64,000 bases of DNA from Neocallimastix sp. 'constans' (lineage: Eukaryota). The number at the start of each line of letters is the position of its first letter. Position 1 is the stretch's first letter. Under the pieces are notes generated by a model. That model was not told where the DNA came from, did not search any database, and saw only the letters and a program-made list of their open reading frames with translations. Location of the stretch: the NCBI GenBank assembly GCA_050613775.1, contig JBODTK010000001.1:1054001-1118000 (forward strand). The letters are read 5' to 3'. A program made the position numbers and the translations under genes. Below are positions 25,326-45,996 of the stretch, one piece after another.

Positions 25326-28300
25326 AACAAATAAAATATATATTACATATTATATAATAAATGATATATAATTGAAAAAAAATATCTATTAAATTATAAT
25401 AAACTAAATAATAATTATTATTAAATGATTATTATTAAATCAATTATTATTATTATTATTTTTTAATTATTTAATTATTATTATAGTTTTTCTTTTAATT
25501 ATTATTATTATTGTTTTTTTTTTTTTTTTTTTTTAATTTTTTTATTTTTTTATTTTTATATTTTTTGAGGATGAAAAATTATTTAATTTATAATCTTTCA
25601 ATTGCTAATATATTGTATTAATATATAGGAATAGTAATTATATATTTAATTAATATATATTGTTTTATTAATATCCATAATCCATTAAAATATATAAATA
25701 ATTAATTACTTTAAAAGAAAAGATGTATATTGTAATATACAATCTCCTATTTATTATTAATAGATTATAATATATGGTAAATTTTAATATATTTATAAGA
25801 TTAATGATTAAACTTTAAAATATTAAAAAAAAAAATATAAAAATATAAAAATTTAAAAATAAAAATATAAATATAAAAATATAATATTTTTTCTTTATTT
25901 GAAGTACTTTTTATATAGAGAGATAGATTTTTAAAGAAAAAAAAAAATACTTTTTTATTCTCGAATAATAAAAAGGTTTAAAGGTATAAAAAAGGAGTAT
26001 ATAAAAAAAATCATTAATAAAAATCATGATTATTATTATTAATGTTTTTGCTGAAACTTTATATAAAATGATTTTAATAAAAAACTAAATAAAATTTTCT
26101 TTAAATAGTTCGGTAATTATTTCTACATATTTTGATCATATCATATATAAAAAGTTTTAAAATTTATTAATAATAAAAATAAATATAAAACAATATAAAA
26201 GGTTTTATATTCTTAGAAAAAAAAAATTTTTTTTATTATATTTCTTTATACTTTTTAATTTTAATTGTATAGTTTATTTTATTAAATTAAACTTTTTAAA
26301 GAGTTTTATTGTATTTTAAAAACGAAATGACACGTAAAAAAATTAATTTTTTTTTTTATTTTAATTAGAAATTCAACCTTAATTAAAACATTAAACTTGT
26401 TTTCTTTCATATGCCCTATCTTATTTATATATTGGCTTTTTATATATATAAAAGTCAATATTTTTTAAATATTAATTTTATAATTTTTATTTCACAAAAA
26501 AAAAAAAAAAAAAAGAATTATTAAGAATTATTATATAATTTAATAATGAATAATACAATACTTCAATGATACAATATATTATATATAAGATAAAAAAAAA
26601 AAATTGGAAAAAATTGGAAAATAAAATGAAATTGATAATATGAAGTTGAGATTTTTAGTCCCATAAATGTAAAAATTATTTTAAAATAGATTTTTTTTTT
26701 TTTTTTTATTTTTGTTTTAAAGGGATTATCAATATGACGTCAAATATGATTTTAATCTAAATAAAAATATTACTATTTTAAATGTATGAAAATTTTTTTA
26801 TTTTCTATTTTAAATCAAATATGAATAAAATAAAACAAAATAAATTTTAAATTTAATTTTAAAATAGAATTATTAATATAAAATGTAAAAAAGTAAAATA
26901 AAATAATATAATAAAGGGAAAAAGGAAAATGGAATATAATGGAATATAATATAATGTAAATAAAATAAGATAAAAAATAATTAAAAAAAAAAAAATTAAA
27001 ATATAATAAAACATTAAAAGTAATAATAATAATAATAATAATAATAAAATAGCTATTTAATAATCTATTTATATATACAATTTATGGTGATTTAATCTAA
27101 TTTTAAAATTTAAACTTTACCTCATTATATTTTAATTTTATAATGAACTAAATTTCAATAGTTTTAATGATAATAAAGTAGTAATTAAATAATTATTTAA
27201 AATATTAAAATAAAATTAATTATATAAATATACAAATAGTAAGAAGAAAAAAAAAAAGCAAAAAAGTTTAAAAATGAAACGAAAAAAAAACAAGTTAAAT
27301 ACAATAATGTTAAATAGGATTAAAAATAATTTAAGGTTGATATTTGAAGAATATACATTAATTTGTTGTTCATTTATCCAATTATCCAATGATTCATTGG
27401 TCAAGCTTTATTTTATCTTATATATGAATATTACTAATAATATTTATTATACCATAATTATAATAAAAAAGATTTTGTAATATATAATTACTACAGAAAA
27501 TAGAATATAAAAAAAAAAAAAAAAAGTTAAAACCTTAATTTCTTTCTTTCTTTTTTTTATTTTTTTATTTTTTTATTTTTTTTTTATTTTTAATTTTATT
27601 TTTTCTATTTTTTAATCTATTATTATTCAAAATCATATAAATAGTTGAATATTCCTTATAAATTTACATTTATTATTTTATTATATATTTTAAAATAAAA
27701 ATACCGTTAATAAAAAAAGTATATATAATAAATATAAAAAATATAAAAAATTGAATCACAAGACTATAGAAACAAATACATTCAAAAAAAGTTAGAAATA
27801 AAAAAAGATAATAAAGTCAATAAAAAGTAATAAGAATGCATATCATAAAGAAAAAAAAAAGTTCATATTATATATAAAAAAAAAAAATTTATATATATAT
27901 TAAAATCAAATAAAAATAAAAATAAAAATTTTTTTATAATAAATTAATTGTATTAGTCATTTTTAACGAATTTAAAAAATGTTCTTTTTAAATAATAAAA
28001 ATGTTTTATATAAATAAAATTTTGATTAAAGTGATTTTTAAAATGATGTATATGTATATATATACTTTAATTATTATTTTATTGATGATATTTGTTTATT
28101 ATATCAGTGAACTAAAAGATTATTTAATTAATTTTAAAAAAAGGTTATAAAGCATTAAATATATATTATAAATATATAAATAAGAATGAGAAGAAAAAAA
28201 AAAGATATCAAATTAGAAATATATAATATATAATAATGTTATTTTTTTTTTTTTTTCAAAAAAGAAAATAATAATAATAATAATAATAATAATAATTTTA

Positions 28301-29124
28301 AATTGAAATTCTATAGTCTGTTTAATTATGTTTAAAATAATATTTTTTATTTTTGCTTTTTATATTTTTCTTAAATGACCTTTCCTTAATTTATTTTATA
28401 AAACACTTTAATATATTTATTATTAAAGTATAAAATCCTTTTTAATTTTATTATTATTATTATTTTCTTTTTGATATTCAGAATTAAAAATTTATTAGTA
28501 GTAGTGATATTTTAATTTTAAATATATAGATATTCATTAAAATATTCATATTATATAAAATATTATATATATATATATGCATTAAATTTAAATAATTATA
28601 TGTTATTTAAATTTTTTTTTTTTTTTTTTGAAAAAACCCTTTAAATTTTTTATTATATATATATATTAATAAAAAAAAGTCTTTTTTTTTTTTTATAAGA
28701 CCTAATAAATATTTTTAATACTTTATTCATATATTTAAATACAAAGAGAAAAAAAAATTATAAAATAGGTTTAATATATTAAATTGCTTTTTATTTTTAT
28801 ATATAAATATATAAATTTTTTATCTTATTTAAAATAAAATAAGTTTTTTTTTTTACTTTATTTGTTTTAATTAAATTTACATACAAATTACAATAAATAA
28901 AAAGCTTTTTAAAATTTTTTATTTGATATAAAATTTTAGAGTTTTAATTCCTTCATTTTTCTCTTTATTTTATTTTGTTTTAATAATATAACAATGGAAC
29001 CAATGATTTTTCTCTTTTTTATATATATAAATAATTTTTATATATGTATTCATAACTAATATCCATTAATATTTAGTATCATAATATATTACCTATTATT
29101 TAATATATTACCTATATTATATAA

Positions 29125-29330
29125 TATTTATTATTTATTATTTATTATTTAGTATTTAGTATTTATTATTTATTATTTATTATTTATTATTTATTATTTA
29201 TTATTTATTATTTATTATTTATTATTTATTATTTATTATTTATTATTTATTATTTATTATTTATTATTTATTATTTATTATTTATTATTATTTATTATTT
29301 ATTAATAATAATTATTTATTTATTATTTAT
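29125..29330. repeat. (TTATTTA)n 7-mer tract
   Basis: Same unit as 1370-2190. Confidence 0.9.
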
Positions 29331-31751
29331 GTTCAATATATTATATTTAAGTAATTTGCTTTTTACATTAAATAATTGATAAATAAAAAAGAAAAAGAAA
29401 CTATATTATATATATATATATTTTTTTTTTTTCTCGTGAATATTAATTATGTTAATTAAAAAAAAAAAAAAGACAATTAAAAAATAAAAATATAATAAAA
29501 AGTTAATAAATAAAGAATTATTTAATAAATGGATAAATGAATTTAATCATCAACTAAAAATTCTAATTTTTATTTCTGTTTTATTTTGTTTTATTTTATT
29601 TTATTAATAAGTCGTGATTTTCATCATCAGAAAAAAAAATACTTTTACATATATAAATAATTCTATGTTAGATATATTTTATTAATTTTTTTTTTATAAA
29701 TATTTTCATTGTTTATAATGTGATTTATATTAAAATTTAATCAAAGAATATATCAAGTATTAATAAACCTATAGAAGTGTATATAGTATAAAGAAATAAT
29801 ATTGAAATGTAAAAAATACACCTTTATCATTCTATATTTAATTAATTTCTAAATTATTAATTTTTAAATTTCAATTTAATATAAAAAAAAAATTTTTTTT
29901 AATAAATTCAAATCAAATTTAAATCTTTTTTTTTTGTTTTAATCTAAAATAGATAATATCACATGAAATGATGGTGATATTCTATGCTAAATGAAAATAA
30001 AACTATTAATTGTCACCATTTTTTTATATAATAGAATTTATAATACAATAAAGTTTATTATTATTATAAAATATATGGAATAATTGGTTTTTTTAAGAAT
30101 TAAATTTTATTAATTATTTTTAAATAAATATATATGAATGTGTAACATCAAAAGAAAAAACAAAAAATATATATTTTATTTTTCTCATTTTTTGATTATG
30201 TTCATAAACAAATGTTGTATATAATTAACAGATAATAATTAATTTCCTCATTAACAATGATAGTTTAAATTTTAATATTATTTATATATATATTATGTTT
30301 AAAATATAAAAAAGATTAAAAGAAATATTCTTTCTATTAATTTTTTTTTTTCTTTCTTTTTTAATTTATAAGACGAAGTGATATTATATAAATAGATAGA
30401 TTATAATCTTAATATAGATTAAGCAATATATTGTTGATATTAATTGAAACTATATTTTAAAAAAAAAGTTATATTCAAATGTTTAAAATGCCTATATAGT
30501 TAAGGTTAAAAAGGAAAAAGAATTATATTATATATATTATATAATGGATAATTAAATGAAAATTTTTTATTTCTATTAATAGTATTTATAGAACCAATAA
30601 AAAAAATAACAAAAAAAAAAAAAAACACTTATAAATATATCCTTTTTACATATTTTTAAAACATCAACTTTACTATTAAATTTTATTTTCAAAATATCCA
30701 CTTTATTATTAAATCTATTAAATAAAAAAAAAAAAAAAAAAAAAAAGACTTATATTTAATATTCAAAGAAAATAAAAAATAAATAAAAAATAAATTAAAA
30801 TAAAAAGTGGAGATTCATTGTTAGAAGGAAGTCTCTCCTTTTTTTTTTTTTATTTTTTTATATTTTTTTTTATATTATTTTATTTTTATCTACTTTCGAG
30901 TCGACAAACAATGTTCTGGATTAAAAAAATCATTTAAATATAAAAAAAAAATTTTTTTTTAATCTATTTTTTTTTTTTTCCTTTCGTTTCATTGCCAATT
31001 AAAATTTTCAAACTAAATTAAGGGTTAATATTTAAATTAAAATATATTTATATTTATATATATTTATATATAATATATTTATACATATATTTTTAAATCC
31101 ATATCATATTTATAATATTTTTTTTTTTTATTTTTTACATAATATATATTGAACAGATTATTACTTATAATAAATAATTTTTTTTTTAGTTATTGATACC
31201 TTAAGACTTTTCTTCTAAAGTTGATAATATTTTATTAAAAAAAAAAAAAAATTCATTAGGATTAATCATTATTTTATTGATCATCATGTATTTTTTTTGT
31301 TTTGTTTTGTATCATTTGTTAATAATATAAGGAAGTACATAATAATAATATTAATAATAATTTGTTAATTTATTGAATGGATTAAAAAAATACATTATTC
31401 TATACATATTCTATACATGGGAGTATTAAATACAAAAGGAGATACATTATTACCATATTACCAATGGATTAAAAAAAGTCAAATAATAAATAATATATCT
31501 ATATTGAATTAGAATTAGAAATTAGATAATTTTAATTTATTTCAAAATAGTAAAATAAAAGAAATTGATAATAATAATAAAAAAAAAAATATAATAAATT
31601 TAGTATTATAATTTATCTATTTGTAATATCTTTTATTATTATGGTTATTTAATTATTGATATCTATTATTAATTCTTATTATTTAATTATTACTACAAAT
31701 TAGTATTATTATGCTCATTTAATTAACTATTAAATTAATATATTTAAATAT

Positions 31752-31860
31752 TATTTATTTATTATTTATTATTTATTATTTATTATTCAATTATTTATTA
31801 TTTATTATTTATTATTTATTATTTATTATTTATTATTTATTATTTATTATTTATTATTAA
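31752..31860. repeat. (TTATTTA)n 7-mer tract with TTCAA variant
   Basis: Same unit and variant as 1370-2190. Confidence 0.85.
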
Positions 31861-32125
31861 TAATACTTTATAGGTAACACTATTTACATAATACTTTAAC
31901 ATTATAGTCATTAACTAACTATATATATATAGAAGTTGAGAATCGCAAGAGAGTGTGTAAAAATGGAATGTACCGATCCCTATGAATGTAATAATGTATT
32001 GTATACTATTGAATTGCCTCCTGTATACTAATACTGTTTGTATTAGGAAAGGATAAAATATGAGTGAAATAAAATAGGTTAGGATGAGATGTGATGATAT
32101 GAGATATTGTAATCTATATAAATCA

Positions 32126-32222
32126 ATATTATTATTATTATTATTACTACTATTAATATTATTATTATTGTTATTATTATTATTATTATTATTACTATTA
32201 TTATTATTATTATTGTTATTAC

Positions 32223-32259
<37 letters not shown>

Positions 32260-32314
32260 GTTATTACTATTATTATTATTATTATTATTATTTATTATTG
32301 TTGTTGTTGTTATT

Positions 32315-32352
<38 letters not shown>
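32126..32352. repeat. (TTA)n microsatellite
   Basis: Source of the poly-Leu ORF 32084-32401. Confidence 0.9.
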
Positions 32353-32353
<1 letters not shown>

Positions 32354-32699
32354 TCATTATTCATCATTATTTGTCATTATTCATTATCATATAATACATA
32401 ACTAAGCATTCAACACTATTGATGTTGTCTGGATTTCTCATTTGCGGTGGGTTATAAATATTTTCACTTCTTCTTTAACCTTCTCCTCTCCCCTTTCAAT
32501 AAGTGTTCATATTATAAATAAAAATAAACGATTTTTTTTAATATTATTATTTATAAAAAAATGAAAATAAAAATGAAAATAAAAATAAAAATAGAAATAA
32601 AAATAAAAATAGAAATAAAAATAGAAATAGAAATAAAAATAAAAGAATATATATATTTATATGTATGTATATTTATATATTTGTATATACATATATACA

Positions 32700-33052
32700 T
32701 CTATACATCTATTTTACCTCAATATTCTCATATACCTTCATATCTATATCTACACATCCATATTCTCACATATACTTACCCCTACACATCTACACATCCA
32801 TACTCTCGCATATATTTATCACTACACATCTACACATCCACACATCCATACTCTCACATATACTTACCCCTATACATATACACATCTACACATCCATACT
32901 CTCACATATATTTATGCCTACACATCTACACATCCATACTCTCACATATACTTACCCCTACACATCTACACATCCATACACTCGCATATACTTACCCCTA
33001 CACATCTACACATCCATACTCTCGCATATACTTACCCTTACACATCTACACA
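32700..33052. repeat. C/A-rich 40-bp minisatellite, about 8 units
   Basis: Unit CTACACATCTACACATCCATACTCTCRCATATACTTACCC (CTTACCCC at 32951 and 32991); some units carry an extra 8-mer; almost no G on the + strand. Confidence 0.92.
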
Positions 33053-33199
33053 TGATGACCTCCCTTATTATCGGTCAATATTATCATTATTATCATTATT
33101 ATCATATTATCATAATATCATCATAAATATCATGTAAATATCATGATAATCATTTGAATCTTTAGTAGAATTCTTTTTTTTTTTTTTTTTTTTTTTTTG

Positions 33200-33368
33200 T
33201 TGTTGTTTGCTTTCTCCAAAAAAAAAGATTAGTGACCGTTTCAACCGAATCGATACTATTCTATCCTTTATAAATATATCTTTTTTTTTTTTTTTTTTTC
33301 TTTAGTAAAATAATAAACTTTATTATTATTTCCAATAGTAATGGTATGATAAGCGTGATGTCGTGATT

Positions 33369-33399
<31 letters not shown>

Positions 33400-33673
33400 G
33401 TTTTTTGTTTTTTTATATCGTTCTTTTTTAATTATAGTATTGGGGGATATTGGTATGAGAGTGAGGAGTGAGGATCACACCCTTGGATTACAAAATTTGG
33501 TTAAAACAAAAATCCCAAGCCGTAAGGTTAATAGTTGTAAACTTCTGTTTCCCTACCCCCCCCTCCCTAGGGGTTTAATAAATGGTAATGCCTTGATAAT
33601 CACTCTTTTTTTTTTTTTTTGGGAGGGGATGTAATTCTTTTTCAAATGAAGGATGTTCATTACGTTGTCATAA

Positions 33674-33712
<39 letters not shown>

Positions 33713-34537
33713 TGTGTTGGCAAGTTAAGTCAGCTTCTTACTTCTTATTTCTTATTTTGGGCCCCCCCTGGGGAATTTATCGATCTCATTGATGTGGATT
33801 CTGGGTGTCTTGGTTACTTTTTATCAAATACAATAAGCAGCTATTTTTTTTTTTTTTTTTTTTTTTTAATACTTCCATAGTATTTTTCAAAAATTAGCTT
33901 AAAACATGTCTTTAAAACAGGAAAAATTCAAATTTTATGCTTTTTCAACAACTTTTCCCAAAACAATAATTTAAACTGAAATGAAGGTAAATTCAACAGT
34001 TTAGCATACTTATATATATATATATATCAATGACTAAAACAACCTTATGAAATATATTTCAAAAACTCGTCATCCTTTAATTCATTGAATTTCAGTTTTT
34101 TTATTTATTTATTTATTTATTTATTTATTGATTGATTGATTGATAATACGACTTATAAAAAAGCCCCCGTCAAAAGAGATTTATGGCTTACTTATAAAAT
34201 AAATTGCTAAATTCTTCTACGCCAAATACATAGAATTTAAAAAGCAAAAAAAAAAAAAAAAAGCAAAAAACATGTAATGTATCCCAAAATGAGATCTTGA
34301 ATTATGAATTTTTTTATTTAATTTAAAAAAAAAAAAAAAAAAAATTCACGCAACCACTCCAACTCCTATTCCTATTTCCACAAAAAAATTATTTTATTAT
34401 TTTTTTCATCTTTATCGATATTAACTTTTTATATTATTATTATTATTATTTATTTTTTTTTCTTTCGATCAATCTATCCTTTTTTTCTTAACAAATACTT
34501 TGATTTTTTTTATAATTTTTATAAACTGTTTTCTCTG

Positions 34538-34572
<35 letters not shown>

Positions 34573-34669
34573 TTTTGATTTTTAGACCTTCATTCCCATA
34601 CTCCTATATATTCTAGATTTCTCAAATTATTATATCAATTTTGATTAGAAGATTACCATTCCAAGCAAA

Positions 34670-34700
<31 letters not shown>

Positions 34701-34804
34701 AAAATTCATATTTAGTAATACGTCCACGTCCACTACAAAATAGAAAGAAAATAAAAAAAAAATTCATATTAAATAATACGTCCAATCCAAAATAGAAAGA
34801 TAGA

Positions 34805-34835
<31 letters not shown>

Positions 34836-35212
34836 TTCAAAATTTTCATTTTGAATATTTTTTTTATAAAGTGAATCGTAATATATATATAATAATATTA
34901 AAAAAAAAAAAAATTTAAGTTTATATGTATATTTATATATTTATCCTACTCCTCTTATATATATATATATATATTATTTATTATTTATTATTATTATTTT
35001 TTTTTTTTTTTCATGTTTGATCTAATAGGGAGTATAAAGTATATCTCTACCTATACAACCTACCCTCCTCCTCCCCCAATCACCTTACCCACACACATAC
35101 ATACACACATACACATAACACACCCATGCTCATAGGATTCGGACTACCTTAATCTGAACGGTAGATTCAATAGAATTCAATGGAAATACCATTTTTCATC
35201 ATCATTAATCCT

Positions 35213-35243
<31 letters not shown>

Positions 35244-35275
35244 ACAAATTAATGGTATTACATTACGTTTGTTAG

Positions 35276-35313
<38 letters not shown>

Positions 35314-35422
35314 ACAATCCCTCATAAAATACGAAAACAATCGACGAAGTTGAACCTTTTTGCTTTTAAAAAAAAAAAATATTGTCAACTAAAAAATGTC
35401 TTTGTTCCCCATCATTAACTTT

Positions 35423-35462
<40 letters not shown>

Positions 35463-35769
35463 CATATATTGAACGCCCTGCCAAAAAGAGCACTCAATAT
35501 AAAATCATAAATATTATTTATCATAAATCCTTTTCTGAATCTAAAGAAGAAACATCCAAAGGATTTTTTTTTTATTCAATTATCATTGTAAACTTTAAAA
35601 AAAAAAAAAAAAGAAAAGATAATCATCTAGAAAAAAAGGTAAAAGATTTATTTCTGTTGTAATTTAAAAATTTTTCCAATTCTTTTCACAGGCAAAGATT
35701 CCAGTGTGAGAAAATCTAGGGATACTAACACCACAACTTGGACAACCTTTAGGGCCATCTTCTTGAGAC

Positions 35770-35811
<42 letters not shown>

Positions 35812-35956
35812 GGATAATACTAATATCAAAATTTAAAAACCATACCTAATTCGAGAAATCTAAAAGAATCCTAAATTGATACTTAGGATATTGAAAAATG
35901 TTAAAATCTTTGATTTCTGAAATAAATCTAAAAATCATTCTCCTTGTAAATAATTG

Positions 35957-35992
<36 letters not shown>

Positions 35993-36813
35993 TTTTGAGA
36001 GTTTGAAGACATCTCTTTCCCAATAAAACTTTTTTTTTATTTATTTCACTTGTTTTTTTACCATTTAATTTCTTATCCAAAGTCCTTAATGCTTTAGTCC
36101 ATGAGTTAATGTGATATAGTAAGGAATATTATTAATGAGATGATTAATAATACTTATAATACATGATAAGTTTTTTTTTTTTTTTTTTTTTTACCATTTT
36201 CTTAAAAGCAGCGTAATTAAGATAGAGCACAGATTAGCTGAAAGAGGGGGGGGGTATTCTCAATTCAACGAATAATATATAATATCATAGAGGACTAACA
36301 TAAGAATTTTACGAGTTACGAGATTTAAAATCCATAAAACTTCAATAAAGTCCTCTATTAATAATAATTTTTTTTTTTTTTTTTTTTTTTTTTTGAGGTT
36401 TAGAGAGCATCTGCTCTTATTTAGACTAAAGGAGAGGAGATCAATTAAACTTCCCAAGTAAGGATTATTATTAGGATTAATTCCAAATAAATAAATTAAC
36501 CCGGTATTTATTCATGATCCAGACGATGATGACTATGGTGAATTAACATCAGAAGCTAGTTCACTATAATGTTCAGCAAAAAAAAAAAAAAAATGATTCA
36601 ATTGATCCGAAAATGAGAAAACAAAAAAAAAAAAAAAAAATAGTTAACCCCTGTTTGTCCCCTTAAAAAAAAAAAAAAAAAGAAAAAAAAAATAAAACGC
36701 TTGAACGAAGATAGAAGTTAGAATTTTAGAGTTTTTACCTAATAGGGTGGTGTGGTGAGATTAGCTTCTTTAAAATTTTTTTTTTTTTTTTAAACCAAGC
36801 AAGCACCTCTTAA

Positions 36814-36862
<49 letters not shown>

Positions 36863-36982
36863 TTTTTGAGAGTTTGAAAACATCTCTTTCCCAATAAAAC
36901 TTTTTTTTTTTTTTTTTTGTTACGAAAAATCATGAACAATAGAGACTCTATCGACGACGAAATGAAATTGTTATTTAATTTA

Positions 36983-37030
<48 letters not shown>

Positions 37031-37050
37031 TTTTTTTTTTTGAATTGACC
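33200..37050. mobile_element. Heavily decayed higher-GC island, possibly an LTR-retrotransposon relic
   Basis: Complex sequence interrupted by many 15-50 nt homopolymers. Weak hints only: TWTTFRAIFLRLF (gag-like, about 35735), VDSGCLGYFLS (retropepsin-like, about 33795), purine tract GAAAGAGGGGGGGG at 36240. Confidence 0.25.
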
Positions 37051-37096
37051 TTGACTTTACCACCACATAAATTTTTAATATTCAAAGAAAGCCAAT

Positions 37097-37134
<38 letters not shown>

Positions 37135-37159
37135 ATCTTATACTTTAGATATACATTTC

Positions 37160-37209
<50 letters not shown>

Positions 37210-37669
37210 ATTAAATTAATATATACATATATATATATACATATATATTTTAGTTTATGTTTTTACATATTTAATTTATATTTATTTATTAATTTATTTA
37301 TTTATTTATTATTATTTTTTTTTTTATAAAACTTTATAAAAATGAATATAAATATTAATATATATATAAATATTAAATATTAAATATTAAATATAAATAC
37401 AAATACTAATAATGATATTATTATTATTATTATTATCATTTTTTTTTTCTTTTAAATTATAAAATATACATTTATAAATTAAGAATAAAGAAAAAAAAAA
37501 TAAAATTATATATATATATATATTTTTTTCTCTTTCTCTTTTTTTTTTTAAAAAAAGAAAAAAAAAAAAAAAAAAGTTGGAAGTATTAAATAAAAAAAAA
37601 GTCGTTATTTTAATTAAAAACTTTTACTATAGAAAGAAAATAAAAATGTAATTAAATAGAATTTCATAA

Positions 37670-37870
37670 GAATATAAATAAAATATATTTAAAAATAAAA
37701 ACAAAAAAATATAAATATAAATAAAATATATTTAAAAATAAAAACAAAAAAATAAAAATATAAATAAAATATATTTAAAAATAAAAACAAAAAAATAAAA
37801 ATATAAATAAAATATATTTAAAAATAAAAACAAAAAAATAAAAATATAAATAAAATATATTTAAAAATAA
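37670..37870. repeat. 43-bp AT-rich minisatellite, about 5 units
   Basis: TTTAAAAATAAAAA at 37688, 37731, 37774, 37817 and 37860. Confidence 0.85.
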
Positions 37871-38161
37871 AAAAAAATAAAAATAAAAATAAAAATAAAA
37901 ATAAAAAATAAATTGATAAAAGATAGAGTTAAACTGAATTGAATTGGATTAAATTGTATTGAATACATCGATAGATAGATAGAATAGATAGATAGTTTGT
38001 TTGTTTGTTTGTTTTTTTTGGTTTAAATTTAAATTTTTTTTAATATTATTATTTTTATTAATTTTGGATTGACTTTTTGATTATTGACTTTTAACTTTAT
38101 GAATTTGAAATGAAATTATTGATGAATGATAGTATGACATTTATTTTTTTATTTTTATTCT

Positions 38162-38211
<50 letters not shown>

Positions 38212-38227
38212 TATTATTATTTTACTC

Positions 38228-38261
<34 letters not shown>

Positions 38262-38367
38262 TTATTTTTTTATTATTATTTTTTTTTTATTTTATTTTTT
38301 TTTTTTTTTTATTTTTTTATTTTTTTTAGTTATTAATTTTTTATTTATTCCCCTCATCCTCTCTTAT

Positions 38368-45996
<7,629 letters not shown>

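Noticed and set aside
31369..31512. Short open frame FIEWIKK...MGVLNTKGDTLLPYYQWIKK
   Set aside because: About 48 codons with an internal duplication; no splice partners or recognisable family.
32084..33137. Poly-Leu and His/Thr/Tyr-rich ORFs
   Set aside because: They arise from (TTA)n and a 40-bp repeat whose period is not a multiple of 3, with all three frames open.
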